Positions 33,823-42,723 of a DNA stretch of 64,000 bases are shown here, one piece after another. The translations under genes were made by a program, and so were the position numbers. How positions within the stretch are numbered: the stretch's first letter is position 1; each line of letters opens with the position of its first letter. The notes under the pieces were generated by a model. It worked only from the letters and a program-made list of their open reading frames with translations. It was not told the DNA's origin and ran no database searches. This DNA comes from a virus (Duplodnaviria > Heunggongvirae > Uroviricota > Caudoviricetes), in the IMG/VR virus record IMGVR_UViG_3300031555_005217, positions 7,047 through 71,046 of that record; one strand, 5' to 3'.

Positions 33823-34771
33823 AAGAGAATATATTGAATATTTAAGATTGTGGCATCCTATCAGAGAATATGTTAAGGTATGGTTAGATGGTGATAAACT
33901 TAATATTACAGTAGAAGGACCTATGTTCCAATGTATGCAATTTGAAATTTATTTACTAGAAATTATTTCTCAAGCATATAATACTATAGTAGGAGATATT
34001 CCACAAATTAATATGAGTGGTATTGAAAAATTAAAAGAAAAAGTAAATGCTATTAATTCAGGTAAATATACTTTTAACTTTGCTGAATTTGGAGCTAGAA
34101 GACGTGCATCAGCTGAGTTACAACATAAAGCAGTTGAAATGCTAGCTGAAACTGGTAAATGTGTTGGAACTAGTAATGTTTACTTAGCAATGATTTTAGG
34201 CTTAAAACCTATTGGTACTTATGCACATGAATTTGTTCAAATGTATCAAGGTATTAAAGGAATGTCATTAGCATATACTAATAAGTATGCATTAGAAGAT
34301 TGGTTTGACGTATTTAATGGAGATAATGGTACAGCTTTAACTGATACATTATCAACAGATATATTCTTATTGGATTTTGATAAGAAACAAGCAACAATGT
34401 ATACTGGTGTTAGACATGATAGTGGTGATCCTTTTGTATGGGGAGAAAAAATATTAGCACATTATGAAAAATTAGGAATTGATCCAAAAACAAAGACTTT
34501 ATTATTTAGTGATAGTCTAAATTTTGATAAAGCTCAAGAAATTTATGAATATTTCAAAGATAGATGTAAAGTATCATTTGGAATTGGAACATTTATTAGT
34601 AATGATACTTGTCAACCAGCATTAAATATTGTTGTTAAATTACAATATGTAAATGGAAATCCTGTAGCTAAAATTTCAGATGTACTTGGCAAGACAATGT
34701 GCCAAGATAATTCCTACTTAGCACACTTAAAAGAGGCAGTTCAATATAGATTAGAAAGTGAAGGTAAGTAA
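33812..34771 (+). CDS. pncB: Nicotinate phosphoribosyltransferase, N-terminally shortened
   Basis: EFGARRR, GTSNV, GTYAHE, RHDSGDP, FSDSL, FGIGT, AKISD; lacks the N-terminal TDxYK segment. Confidence 0.85.
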   Translation: MNYRREYIEYLRLWHPIREYVKVWLDGDKLNITVEGPMFQCMQFEIYLLEIISQAYNTIVGDIPQINMSGIEKLKEKVNAINSGKYTFNFAEFGARRRASAELQHKAVEMLAETGKCVGTSNVYLAMILGLKPIGTYAHEFVQMYQGIKGMSLAYTNKYALEDWFDVFNGDNGTALTDTLSTDIFLLDFDKKQATMYTGVRHDSGDPFVWGEKILAHYEKLGIDPKTKTLLFSDSLNFDKAQEIYEYFKDRCKVSFGIGTFISNDTCQPALNIVVKLQYVNGNPVAKISDVLGKTMCQDNSYLAHLKEAVQYRLESEGK

Positions 34772-34772
34772 T

Positions 34773-35336
34773 ATGCAAAGAAATGTAACTTTAACTTTAA
34801 TTATTGATGCTCAAAAAGATTTCGTATATGATGTTTTAGGTTCTAAGGAAGCACAAAATTGTATTCCAGGTCTAGTTCAATTTATCAAAGAAGAAGAATC
34901 TTGTGGATCTTGTGTAATATTTACAAGAGATACTCATTCTAATAATTATATGAATACTAGAGAAGGAAAATATCTTCCAGTTCCTCATTGTATTGAAAAT
35001 ACTGAAGGTTGGAAAGTATGTGATGAATTATTAAATGCATCTATCACTAAATATCAGGTTAATAAACCTTCATTTGGAATGACTCAAGAAAGATGGAGAG
35101 AAGTGTTATATGAACATTTCTATTTTCTAAGTGATGTCCAAGAAATTAAATTAGTAGGTTTCTGTACAGATATTTGTGTAATTAGCAATGCTTTAAGTTT
35201 AAAGGCAATGTTTCCTGAGGCAAACGTTACAGTATATGAAGATTTATGTGCAGGAGTAACACCACAAAAACATGAAGCTGCTTTAGAAGTAATGAGAAGT
35301 TGCCAAATTAATGTTGAGAAGTACTTTAATAATTAA
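34773..35336 (+). CDS. pncA: Nicotinamidase (isochorismatase family)
   Basis: IIDAQKDF, TRDTH, PHC, KPSFG, GFCTDICV. Confidence 0.9.
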   Translation: MQRNVTLTLIIDAQKDFVYDVLGSKEAQNCIPGLVQFIKEEESCGSCVIFTRDTHSNNYMNTREGKYLPVPHCIENTEGWKVCDELLNASITKYQVNKPSFGMTQERWREVLYEHFYFLSDVQEIKLVGFCTDICVISNALSLKAMFPEANVTVYEDLCAGVTPQKHEAALEVMRSCQINVEKYFNN

Positions 35337-35345
35337 TAATAAATA

Positions 35346-35369
35346 AAAAGAGGATTAAATCCTCTTTTT
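35346..35369. terminator. Bidirectional terminator between pncA and the convergent late gene
   Basis: AAAAGAGGATT-A-AATCCTCTTTT inverted repeat flanked by A and T runs. Confidence 0.75.
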
Positions 35370-36500
35370 AATATGCAGCTACAAGAATTTTTTCTTCGCT
35401 ATAGAAATTTAATTGAACTTTCTTAGTGTTAAATTTATTTATTAATTCCATTAAATTCGTTATTAAATTTATATAATCAAACGATATCTCATTTTTATTA
35501 AACGCATCCTTTATAAAATCTATTTTTACTTTATTATTTGTTTTTATTATATCAAAATAAGTTTTTAAATTAAATAAATTTTTATTTGTTATAAGTTTAT
35601 CACTTAAATTTCTATTATTAAATTTTATATCTGAAGGAATTTTAATTATTTCTGGAAGTCAGATTTCTCTTAAAGCCTGTTTTATAATATAATCAGGAAT
35701 ATCATTTTTTACAATATATTCTCCTTCATCGGCCGTAAATTGATTACATAATTCATCTGCAAATTTAGGATTTAAATAAATATGAAGTCTAAATCTATCT
35801 GAAACTTTATACTCAGGATCATCTTTATGCTTTTTTCATTCTTCATAATTATTTAAATCATCTTTTTTTACTGTTAAAGATGGAGATGAAATTATTCCTT
35901 TATTATCTTGATAAAAATAATAAGATTTAAGATTAATTATTTCATCTTGATACTTTTCATTCCAACCTGAAGATTTATTTAACTTAAATTTTTGTCTTAG
36001 AATTGGAAAAGAATCAAATTCTAACATTTTTTCAACTAAATAAGTATATAATTCTTTTGAAATTTTAAATAATCCAGGTCAATTGTATACTTGTAAATAG
36101 TAGTTTCCATCTTCACCTTCTCCTACTCTATGTATTCTGGTATAACCTTTTCCTTTTTCTTGTCCTGTCAGATATTTTGAAAACTGATTTATGGAGATTA
36201 TTTCATTTCCTACTTTTTTAACATAATCTTCTACTAAATTAAAATCTAAATTAATTGCACAAGAAAATTTATTTGAATTTCTTATTATAGTTCCAGGAAT
36301 ATCATCTTTATTTTCTATGAATTGATTTGTAAATGAAACTGTACCTTTTCTTCCTTTTTTAATCCTGTTTTAAATATATTAGCTAAATCCTGCATACTTC
36401 TTGTAGCATGACTAAGCACTGTATCTTTAGCTGTAATTTTTACTCATTCATTAATTTCTAGTTGATTTAATTCTTTAATAGCTTCCAATAAAGTATTCAT
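35368..36500 (-). CDS. Late gene with ART-like motifs, interrupted by a -1 frameshift at A_AAA_AAG (about 377 aa when shifted; 4 TGA)
   Basis: GAGG SD and ATG 36500; LSHATRS..LANIFKTGLKK then -1 frame GRKGTVSFT...DEGEYIV; zero frame stops at TAG 36315-36317. Confidence 0.6.
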
Positions 36501-36531
36501 ATAAACCTCTTTTTAATTTTTATTCTTATAT

Positions 36532-36571
36532 AATTTAGCTATTTTTAATTATTTTAATCTATTAATTGTAT
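36532..36571. promoter_or_regulatory. Back-to-back promoters: GCTAAATT (minus, 36532-36539) and ATTGTAT (plus, 36565-36571)
   Basis: Both recurrent motifs sit in the 100-bp divergent intergenic region. Confidence 0.6.
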
Positions 36572-36601
36572 TATATAATAAATTGAAAATGAGGTGTTTG
36601 T

Positions 36602-37801
36602 ATGGATTATAAAGGAGTTAAAATACCTAAGAAGGTAATTATTGTATCTAAACCAAAAACGTGGTGGTTTAATTATCGTACTGAAGAAGTATATAGTAGA
36701 TACGATGATTGTTCACCTGCTTATGTAGTAGATCCTGATAGTAAAGGAATGTTAGATAGTGCTTTAAGTTGGTCAAGATCACAATCAATTAAATTAGATG
36801 AAAATAATAAACCTGTTGAATACATTAATCAATGGAATAGAAAAGAATATGAATATGAAGTAGTAGATGGTATTCAATATGAATATGATAATAATGGTTG
36901 CTTTGAATTTGAATTAGAAGATAGTGCTAATGGTTCTTGTCAAGGTGGAAAATTATCTTTCTGGAATTGTAAAATAACTGGACCAGATGGTAAGCAATTC
37001 CTAATTGGAATTAATTCAGATATCTTATTAAATCTATTAAAACATAATACTTTTGTAAATGGTAAATGTCAAAGTAAAGTATATCTAGGTAGAATAAAAG
37101 GTAATGCTGTAGGAGCATTTACTGAAAATATGGAATTATTTGAACAAGCAAAACATGATGATACCATAAGAAATGCTTCTAAAAGTAAAAAATACGTTCC
37201 AGGTGATATAGTTAGAACTAAAACAGAAACATTTGTTTATGTTGGAGAAATTTATAAAACTTTTGAAACTTTTGGTTATAAAACAAGTAATTGGAATTAT
37301 CGTGATTCAATAGATACAATCCACTTATTTGATAAGCCTAAGAAATATCACATGTATATTCACTTATATTCTCATTCTAATTTTGACAAGGAAGATAATA
37401 TAATTGATATTGAAAAAGGTAGTATTCGTTTATTAGAAAATAAACAATCTTACATCCTATGTAATAAACATATTGATGTATTAAGTCCATATGAACAATA
37501 TCTAGAATGTAATGAAGAAAATATTAGATCCTCTAGTGATAAAGAGTATTATAGAATTAAGAAAGAAATTTCAATGTATCAATTCTCTAATACACAAAAT
37601 ACCAACTTGAATAAGGAAATATTAGAGAAGGTTATAAATAAGGATATCATTAAAAATTCCAATATCTTAAGAAATTATACATGCTCATTTTATCGTAATT
37701 ATCGTGATATTGATAATTGGACAGATTTATCAGTATTAAATGATAGTGAAGTGGAATTAATAAAAGAAAAATATAAAGATTATAATCGATGGGAGTATTA
37801 A
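36602..37801 (+). CDS. Hypothetical protein (399 aa; 8 Trp, all TGG)
   Basis: Track ORF with GAGGTG SD. Confidence 0.75.
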   Translation: MDYKGVKIPKKVIIVSKPKTWWFNYRTEEVYSRYDDCSPAYVVDPDSKGMLDSALSWSRSQSIKLDENNKPVEYINQWNRKEYEYEVVDGIQYEYDNNGCFEFELEDSANGSCQGGKLSFWNCKITGPDGKQFLIGINSDILLNLLKHNTFVNGKCQSKVYLGRIKGNAVGAFTENMELFEQAKHDDTIRNASKSKKYVPGDIVRTKTETFVYVGEIYKTFETFGYKTSNWNYRDSIDTIHLFDKPKKYHMYIHLYSHSNFDKEDNIIDIEKGSIRLLENKQSYILCNKHIDVLSPYEQYLECNEENIRSSSDKEYYRIKKEISMYQFSNTQNTNLNKEILEKVINKDIIKNSNILRNYTCSFYRNYRDIDNWTDLSVLNDSEVELIKEKYKDYNRWEY

Positions 37802-37806
37802 TTACA

Positions 37807-37998
37807 ATGAAGATTTATGTAGTGGTATTAAAAGGTTATCATATCTATGAAAAAGCATTTTTAAATAGAGAAGATGCCGAAAATTTTATTGCTCCAATGA
37901 ATGATGATTATCATAATTACGTTCAGAATTGTATAGATAATTATGAATCTTATTCAGATATTGGTGAATATGAAATTATTGAGGAAGAGGTGAATTAA
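37807..37998 (+). CDS. Small hypothetical protein
   Basis: GGGAG SD before ATG 37807. Confidence 0.55.
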   Translation: MKIYVVVLKGYHIYEKAFLNREDAENFIAPMNDDYHNYVQNCIDNYESYSDIGEYEIIEEEVN

Positions 37999-38001
37999 TA
38001 T

Positions 38002-39060
38002 ATGACATTACAAGAGATTAAAGAAATGTTAAAAACAGAAGCATATGACTTCTTAAGAACTGATAAACATTTGGGAAATAGAATTATGTTTTTATGTTTA
38101 GGTGGTTCTCATAGTTATGGTACTAACATTGAAACATCAGATGTAGATATTAGAGGTGTAACTTTAGATACTACTGAATGTGTTTTAGGACTAGAACATT
38201 TCGAACAAAGATTAGATGCAACTACTGATACCACAATTTATAGTTTAAGTAAATTCTTAGATTTGGTTAGCAATTGCAATCCTAATATTATTGAAATGTT
38301 ATTTTGTAAACCAGAACATTATTTATATGTAAGTCCTTTAGGTCAAATCCTATTAGATAATAGACATTTATTCTTAACTAAGAGAGCTTATCATACATTT
38401 GGTGGATACGCTCATGCACAATTAAATAGATTAGAAAATGCAATGGCTAGAGATAACGAGGCATTGACTGAGGAAGAAGTTCAAACTCATATTTCTAGAT
38501 CTTTAAAGAATTGTCTTCAAAATTGTATTGAAAAATTTGAATTTAATGAAGATCAATTTAAGATTTATGTAGATAAATATGATAAGAATTATAATAAGCA
38601 ACAAGATAAGCTAGGTACATTTGGTATCTTTATGGATGCAACATTTGAAAAATTACCTGTCGCAGAATTCAATTCATTACTGTTGGAATTAAGTCAAGTA
38701 GTAAGAGATTTTAATTCAAGTGTTGGTCAACGTAATAAAAAGAAGGATGATATTCACCTTCAGAAGCATATGATGCATTTAATTCGTTTGTATATTATGT
38801 GTAATGAAATCTTAACTACAGGTGATTTACATACATATCGTGAGAATGAACATGAATTATTAATGAATATTAGAAATGGTAAATATAGAAGTGAAGATGG
38901 TAAGGTAACTCCTGAATTCTATGAAATGTTACATAAGTTAGAAACTGAATCTAAATCAGGTTATGATAATTCCAAGTTACCTAAAACAGTTGATAAGAAA
39001 CAAATTTATGATAAAATTATTAAACCTATTTATTCACAAACATTATTTAAGGAGGAATAG
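38002..39060 (+). CDS. Pol-beta-type nucleotidyltransferase (RlaP/Nuc-transf-like)
   Basis: GGSHSYGTNIETSDVDIRGV, NPNIIEML, KHMMHLIRL. Confidence 0.85.
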   Translation: MTLQEIKEMLKTEAYDFLRTDKHLGNRIMFLCLGGSHSYGTNIETSDVDIRGVTLDTTECVLGLEHFEQRLDATTDTTIYSLSKFLDLVSNCNPNIIEMLFCKPEHYLYVSPLGQILLDNRHLFLTKRAYHTFGGYAHAQLNRLENAMARDNEALTEEEVQTHISRSLKNCLQNCIEKFEFNEDQFKIYVDKYDKNYNKQQDKLGTFGIFMDATFEKLPVAEFNSLLLELSQVVRDFNSSVGQRNKKKDDIHLQKHMMHLIRLYIMCNEILTTGDLHTYRENEHELLMNIRNGKYRSEDGKVTPEFYEMLHKLETESKSGYDNSKLPKTVDKKQIYDKIIKPIYSQTLFKEE

Positions 39061-39062
39061 TT

Positions 39063-39842
39063 ATGGAAACAGATGCTTTAGGAACTAGAATGAAGGAATA
39101 TGAATTTGTTCCTAGAAATTATTTATTAAGAAGAACACCAGTAATTATTAGAATTGATGGAAAAGCTTTTCATACATTTACTAGAGGTTTAAATAGACCT
39201 TTTGATAAGACTTTTCAAAAATGTATGGTTGAGACTGTTAAATATTTATGTGCAAATGTTCAAAATTGTGTATTAGGTTATACTCAATCTGATGAAATTA
39301 CATTAGTTTTATTAGATGATTTCAAATTGAATACCTCTCCATATTTTGATAATCAGGTTGAAAAGATTTGTTCAATAACAGCATCAATGGCAACCTTAGC
39401 GTTCAACCAAGCAATTTATAATGAATTGGAATCTGGTTTTACTGAAGGAGATCCATCATATGATGTATGGAAACAAAAACTTTTCAAAGCACAATTTGAT
39501 AGTAGATGTTTTAATGTTCCTAATCGAACTGAAGTATATAACTGTTTAGTTTGGAGACAACAAGATGCTATTAAGAATAGTATTACAATGTTAGCTTTAT
39601 CACATTTCAGTAATAAACAATTACATAAGAAAAATGGTAAAGAAAAAATTACTATGTTAGAAGAAATTGGTGTTAGGTGGAATGAATTAGATAACATTGA
39701 TAAACAAGGAATTATTATTAAAAAAGTATATTATGATAAGAATGGAGCTTTAAGAAGTAAATGGGAAGAAGATGTAAACACTCCTGTTTTTACTAAGGAT
39801 CCTGATTATATTATGAAATTATTAAACAAAGAAGGTGAATAA
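39063..39842 (+). CDS. Thg1-like tRNA-His guanylyltransferase / 3'-5' RNA polymerase
   Basis: IRIDGKAFHTFT, GYTQSDEIT, FDSRCF, WRQQDA..NS. Confidence 0.92.
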   Translation: METDALGTRMKEYEFVPRNYLLRRTPVIIRIDGKAFHTFTRGLNRPFDKTFQKCMVETVKYLCANVQNCVLGYTQSDEITLVLLDDFKLNTSPYFDNQVEKICSITASMATLAFNQAIYNELESGFTEGDPSYDVWKQKLFKAQFDSRCFNVPNRTEVYNCLVWRQQDAIKNSITMLALSHFSNKQLHKKNGKEKITMLEEIGVRWNELDNIDKQGIIIKKVYYDKNGALRSKWEEDVNTPVFTKDPDYIMKLLNKEGE

Positions 39843-39843
39843 A

Positions 39844-40275
39844 ATGATTTCAGTTAACGTACATCAAGATATGATTACCGCAATGAAAAATAAAGATAAA
39901 TTAAAGAAAGATGTCTTATCTTTACTTTATAGTAAGTTAAAAAATAAATCAATTGAACTAAAGCAATTACCTTTAGAAGATAATGAATCAACAAAAATTG
40001 TTCAAAAATTTATTAAAGAACTAGATGATGAAATTGTATTAAATATTAAAGTAAATAGAATTGAAGCCGCAAATAATTTAAAATTACAAAAAGAAGTCGT
40101 TTCTTCATATTTACCTAAAATGTTATCTGAAGATGAAATTAGAAATGAAATTGAAAAATTAACAGATAAATCTATTCCATCTATTATGAAACATTTTAAA
40201 GCAAATTTCAATGGAAAGGTTGATATGGGTTTAGTAAATAAAATTGCTAGAACTTATCAAGGAATGGAGAAATAA
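39844..40275 (+). CDS. GatB/YqeY domain protein
   Basis: AMKNKDK, LKNKSIE, YLPKMLSEDEI, GKVDMGLV. Confidence 0.85.
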   Translation: MISVNVHQDMITAMKNKDKLKKDVLSLLYSKLKNKSIELKQLPLEDNESTKIVQKFIKELDDEIVLNIKVNRIEAANNLKLQKEVVSSYLPKMLSEDEIRNEIEKLTDKSIPSIMKHFKANFNGKVDMGLVNKIARTYQGMEK

Positions 40276-40276
40276 T

Positions 40277-41635
40277 ATGAATTTTAAAATCCCTAAAAAC
40301 ATTCAACAAGTATTAGATATTTTACATAAGAATAATTTCGAAGCATACCTTGTTGGAGGTTGTGTTAGGGATTTTCTTATGAATATTGAACCTAAAGATT
40401 ATGATATTACTACTAATGCTTTACCTAATCAAATTAAAGAAGTATTTAAGGATTACAAATTAATTAATAATAATGGTGAAAAGCACGGAACTGTTACTGT
40501 TTTTATTGAGGAACCTATTGAAATAACTACCTATAGAGGAGAAACTACTTACTCAGATCATAGACATCCAGATGAGGTTATTTTTAAAACGGAATTAAAA
40601 GATGATTTAAGCAGAAGAGATTTTACAATTAATGCAATGGCTTATGATGGAAATAAGTTAGTAGATTTATTTCTAGGAGAAGATCACATTATTCTTTCAC
40701 AATTACATGCTGTAGGAGATCCAGATGAACGTTTCAAAGAAGATGCCTTAAGAATTCTGAGAGGTATTAGGTTTGCATCAAGATATAAAATGTCTATTGG
40801 CAAAAAAACATTGGAAGCAATGCATAAAAACAAATATTTATTAGATTTTATTTCTAAAGAACGTATTAGAACAGAGTTAAATAAAATGATTTCATATGAA
40901 TACTTTGCAGTTTTACTAGAGACTGAGGTAAGAGATATTATTTCTTATATTCTACCTGAAATAAGTGTTATGTTTGATTATGATCAAAGAAGTTTATATC
41001 ACACTAATGATTTATGGCATCATACTTTATCAACAATGTTCTCATTAAATACCTATAACTATATTGTTAAAGTTGCAGCTTTACTTCATGATGTAGGAAA
41101 ACCTTATGTGGCAACTGAATATGAAAAAGATGGTGTTATATTAAAACATTACATTGATCATGCGGAAAAATCATATGAAATTGCTACAGGAATTTTAGAT
41201 AGATTAAAATATTCTAATGAAGAGAAAGAAAAGATTTTATTCCTAATTAGATATCATGATTTTAATTTTTCTACAAAAAGATTAAACAGATCTATGAAAA
41301 AATTTATTCAGTTAATTCCTGAAAAATATAGAGATGAATTATTTGAACTATTTTTGGAATTAAAGTTTGCTGATAATAGAGATCATACTATTAATTTTCC
41401 AAAAGAAGTTATAGATGAATTAGAAACTGCCTATAACTCAATCATTAACACTGAAATTTGCTTTTCTTTAAAGCAATTAGCTATAAATGGTAATGATTTA
41501 TTAAAACTCGGTTATAATGGAGTTTTAATAGGAAAAATATTAAATGATTGTTTAAATAAAGTTATTGAAGAAATTTTAGAAAATAACAAAAATGTTTTAA
41601 TTACATATGTAAAAGATATGTATATATTAAATTAA
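40277..41635 (+). CDS. cca: CCA-adding tRNA nucleotidyltransferase with HD domain
   Basis: YLVGGCVRD, DYDITT, RRDFTINAMAY, EDALRILR, LHDVGKP. Confidence 0.92.
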   Translation: MNFKIPKNIQQVLDILHKNNFEAYLVGGCVRDFLMNIEPKDYDITTNALPNQIKEVFKDYKLINNNGEKHGTVTVFIEEPIEITTYRGETTYSDHRHPDEVIFKTELKDDLSRRDFTINAMAYDGNKLVDLFLGEDHIILSQLHAVGDPDERFKEDALRILRGIRFASRYKMSIGKKTLEAMHKNKYLLDFISKERIRTELNKMISYEYFAVLLETEVRDIISYILPEISVMFDYDQRSLYHTNDLWHHTLSTMFSLNTYNYIVKVAALLHDVGKPYVATEYEKDGVILKHYIDHAEKSYEIATGILDRLKYSNEEKEKILFLIRYHDFNFSTKRLNRSMKKFIQLIPEKYRDELFELFLELKFADNRDHTINFPKEVIDELETAYNSIINTEICFSLKQLAINGNDLLKLGYNGVLIGKILNDCLNKVIEEILENNKNVLITYVKDMYILN

Positions 41636-41671
41636 TTGTATAATAATTAATATTAAGTAAAGGAGAATAAT

Positions 41672-42313
41672 ATGTTAACAGAACAACAAATAGAGTTAAA
41701 TAAAAATGAATTTTTATCCTTAATTAATCAAATTAATATTCCTGGAGCAGATATTCAAGGATTAATTAAATTTTTAGAAGAAAGTGATTTCTTTTACGCT
41801 CCTGCTTCTACTAATTACCATTCAGCATATACAGGTGGATTATGTGAACATAGTTTAAATGTATATAGAACATTAACAAAATTAGTAGAAATGTTTAGTT
41901 ATCAAATTCCTAATTTAGATATGAATTCAGTATTAGTTGTAGGACTATTACATGATTTATCTAAAGTAAACTTCTATGAATCTTATATTAAAAATGAGAA
42001 AATTTATAATGAAAAAGGATTAAAATCTGATAATATGGGAAAGTTTGATTGGGTTGCTAAACAAGCTTTTAAAGTAAAAGAAGCTAAAAATAGATTTTTA
42101 TGTAAAGATCATGAAACAAATTCTATGATTTTAATCTCTAGATATATTCCTTTAAGTATGGAAGAAACAATAGCAATTCTTAATCATCATGGAGGATTAG
42201 GTGATACAAGTACTAATTGGGATTTAAGTCCTATTACTGATACAAATCCTTTATTATGTTTACTTCATGCGGCTGATTATATGAGCACATTTATTCTAGA
42301 AAATATGGAGTAA
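41672..42313 (+). CDS. HD-domain phosphohydrolase (YhaM-like)
   Basis: HSAYTGGLCEHSLNV, LLHDLSK, HHGG, LHAAD. Confidence 0.85.
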   Translation: MLTEQQIELNKNEFLSLINQINIPGADIQGLIKFLEESDFFYAPASTNYHSAYTGGLCEHSLNVYRTLTKLVEMFSYQIPNLDMNSVLVVGLLHDLSKVNFYESYIKNEKIYNEKGLKSDNMGKFDWVAKQAFKVKEAKNRFLCKDHETNSMILISRYIPLSMEETIAILNHHGGLGDTSTNWDLSPITDTNPLLCLLHAADYMSTFILENME

Positions 42314-42314
42314 A

Positions 42315-42680
42315 ATGAAAGATAATTTAAGTTTAATTGAAAAAGAACTTAAAAAAGTTAAATATGCAGACTTATCTACTTTTGATATTAATACTAATAC
42401 TTATTTTATTAAAAAGAGAAATGATATTAAAATTGAAGAAGATAAGTCTTATTTAATTTATCTAGAAGATTCTTTTTTTAATGATTTAGATTTAAAAATT
42501 AAATGGAATTCAAATTTATCGCCTAATTATAGATGTTTAAAAGTTGTTATTGATAAATTATATTTAGATATGGTTAAAATATCAGGTATAGCTTATGATT
42601 TAAATATGAATAAAGATATAGCCTATGTTTGGTCAGGTTGGTCACATTTAAATCAAATTAAAGTATTACAAAAATTATAG
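42315..42680 (+). CDS. Hypothetical protein
   Basis: Track ORF, coupled to the HD gene. Confidence 0.6.
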   Translation: MKDNLSLIEKELKKVKYADLSTFDINTNTYFIKKRNDIKIEEDKSYLIYLEDSFFNDLDLKIKWNSNLSPNYRCLKVVIDKLYLDMVKISGIAYDLNMNKDIAYVWSGWSHLNQIKVLQKL

Positions 42681-42723
42681 AATTGTATATTAAATTAAAT
42701 TTAAGTAGAAAGGAATTGATATA

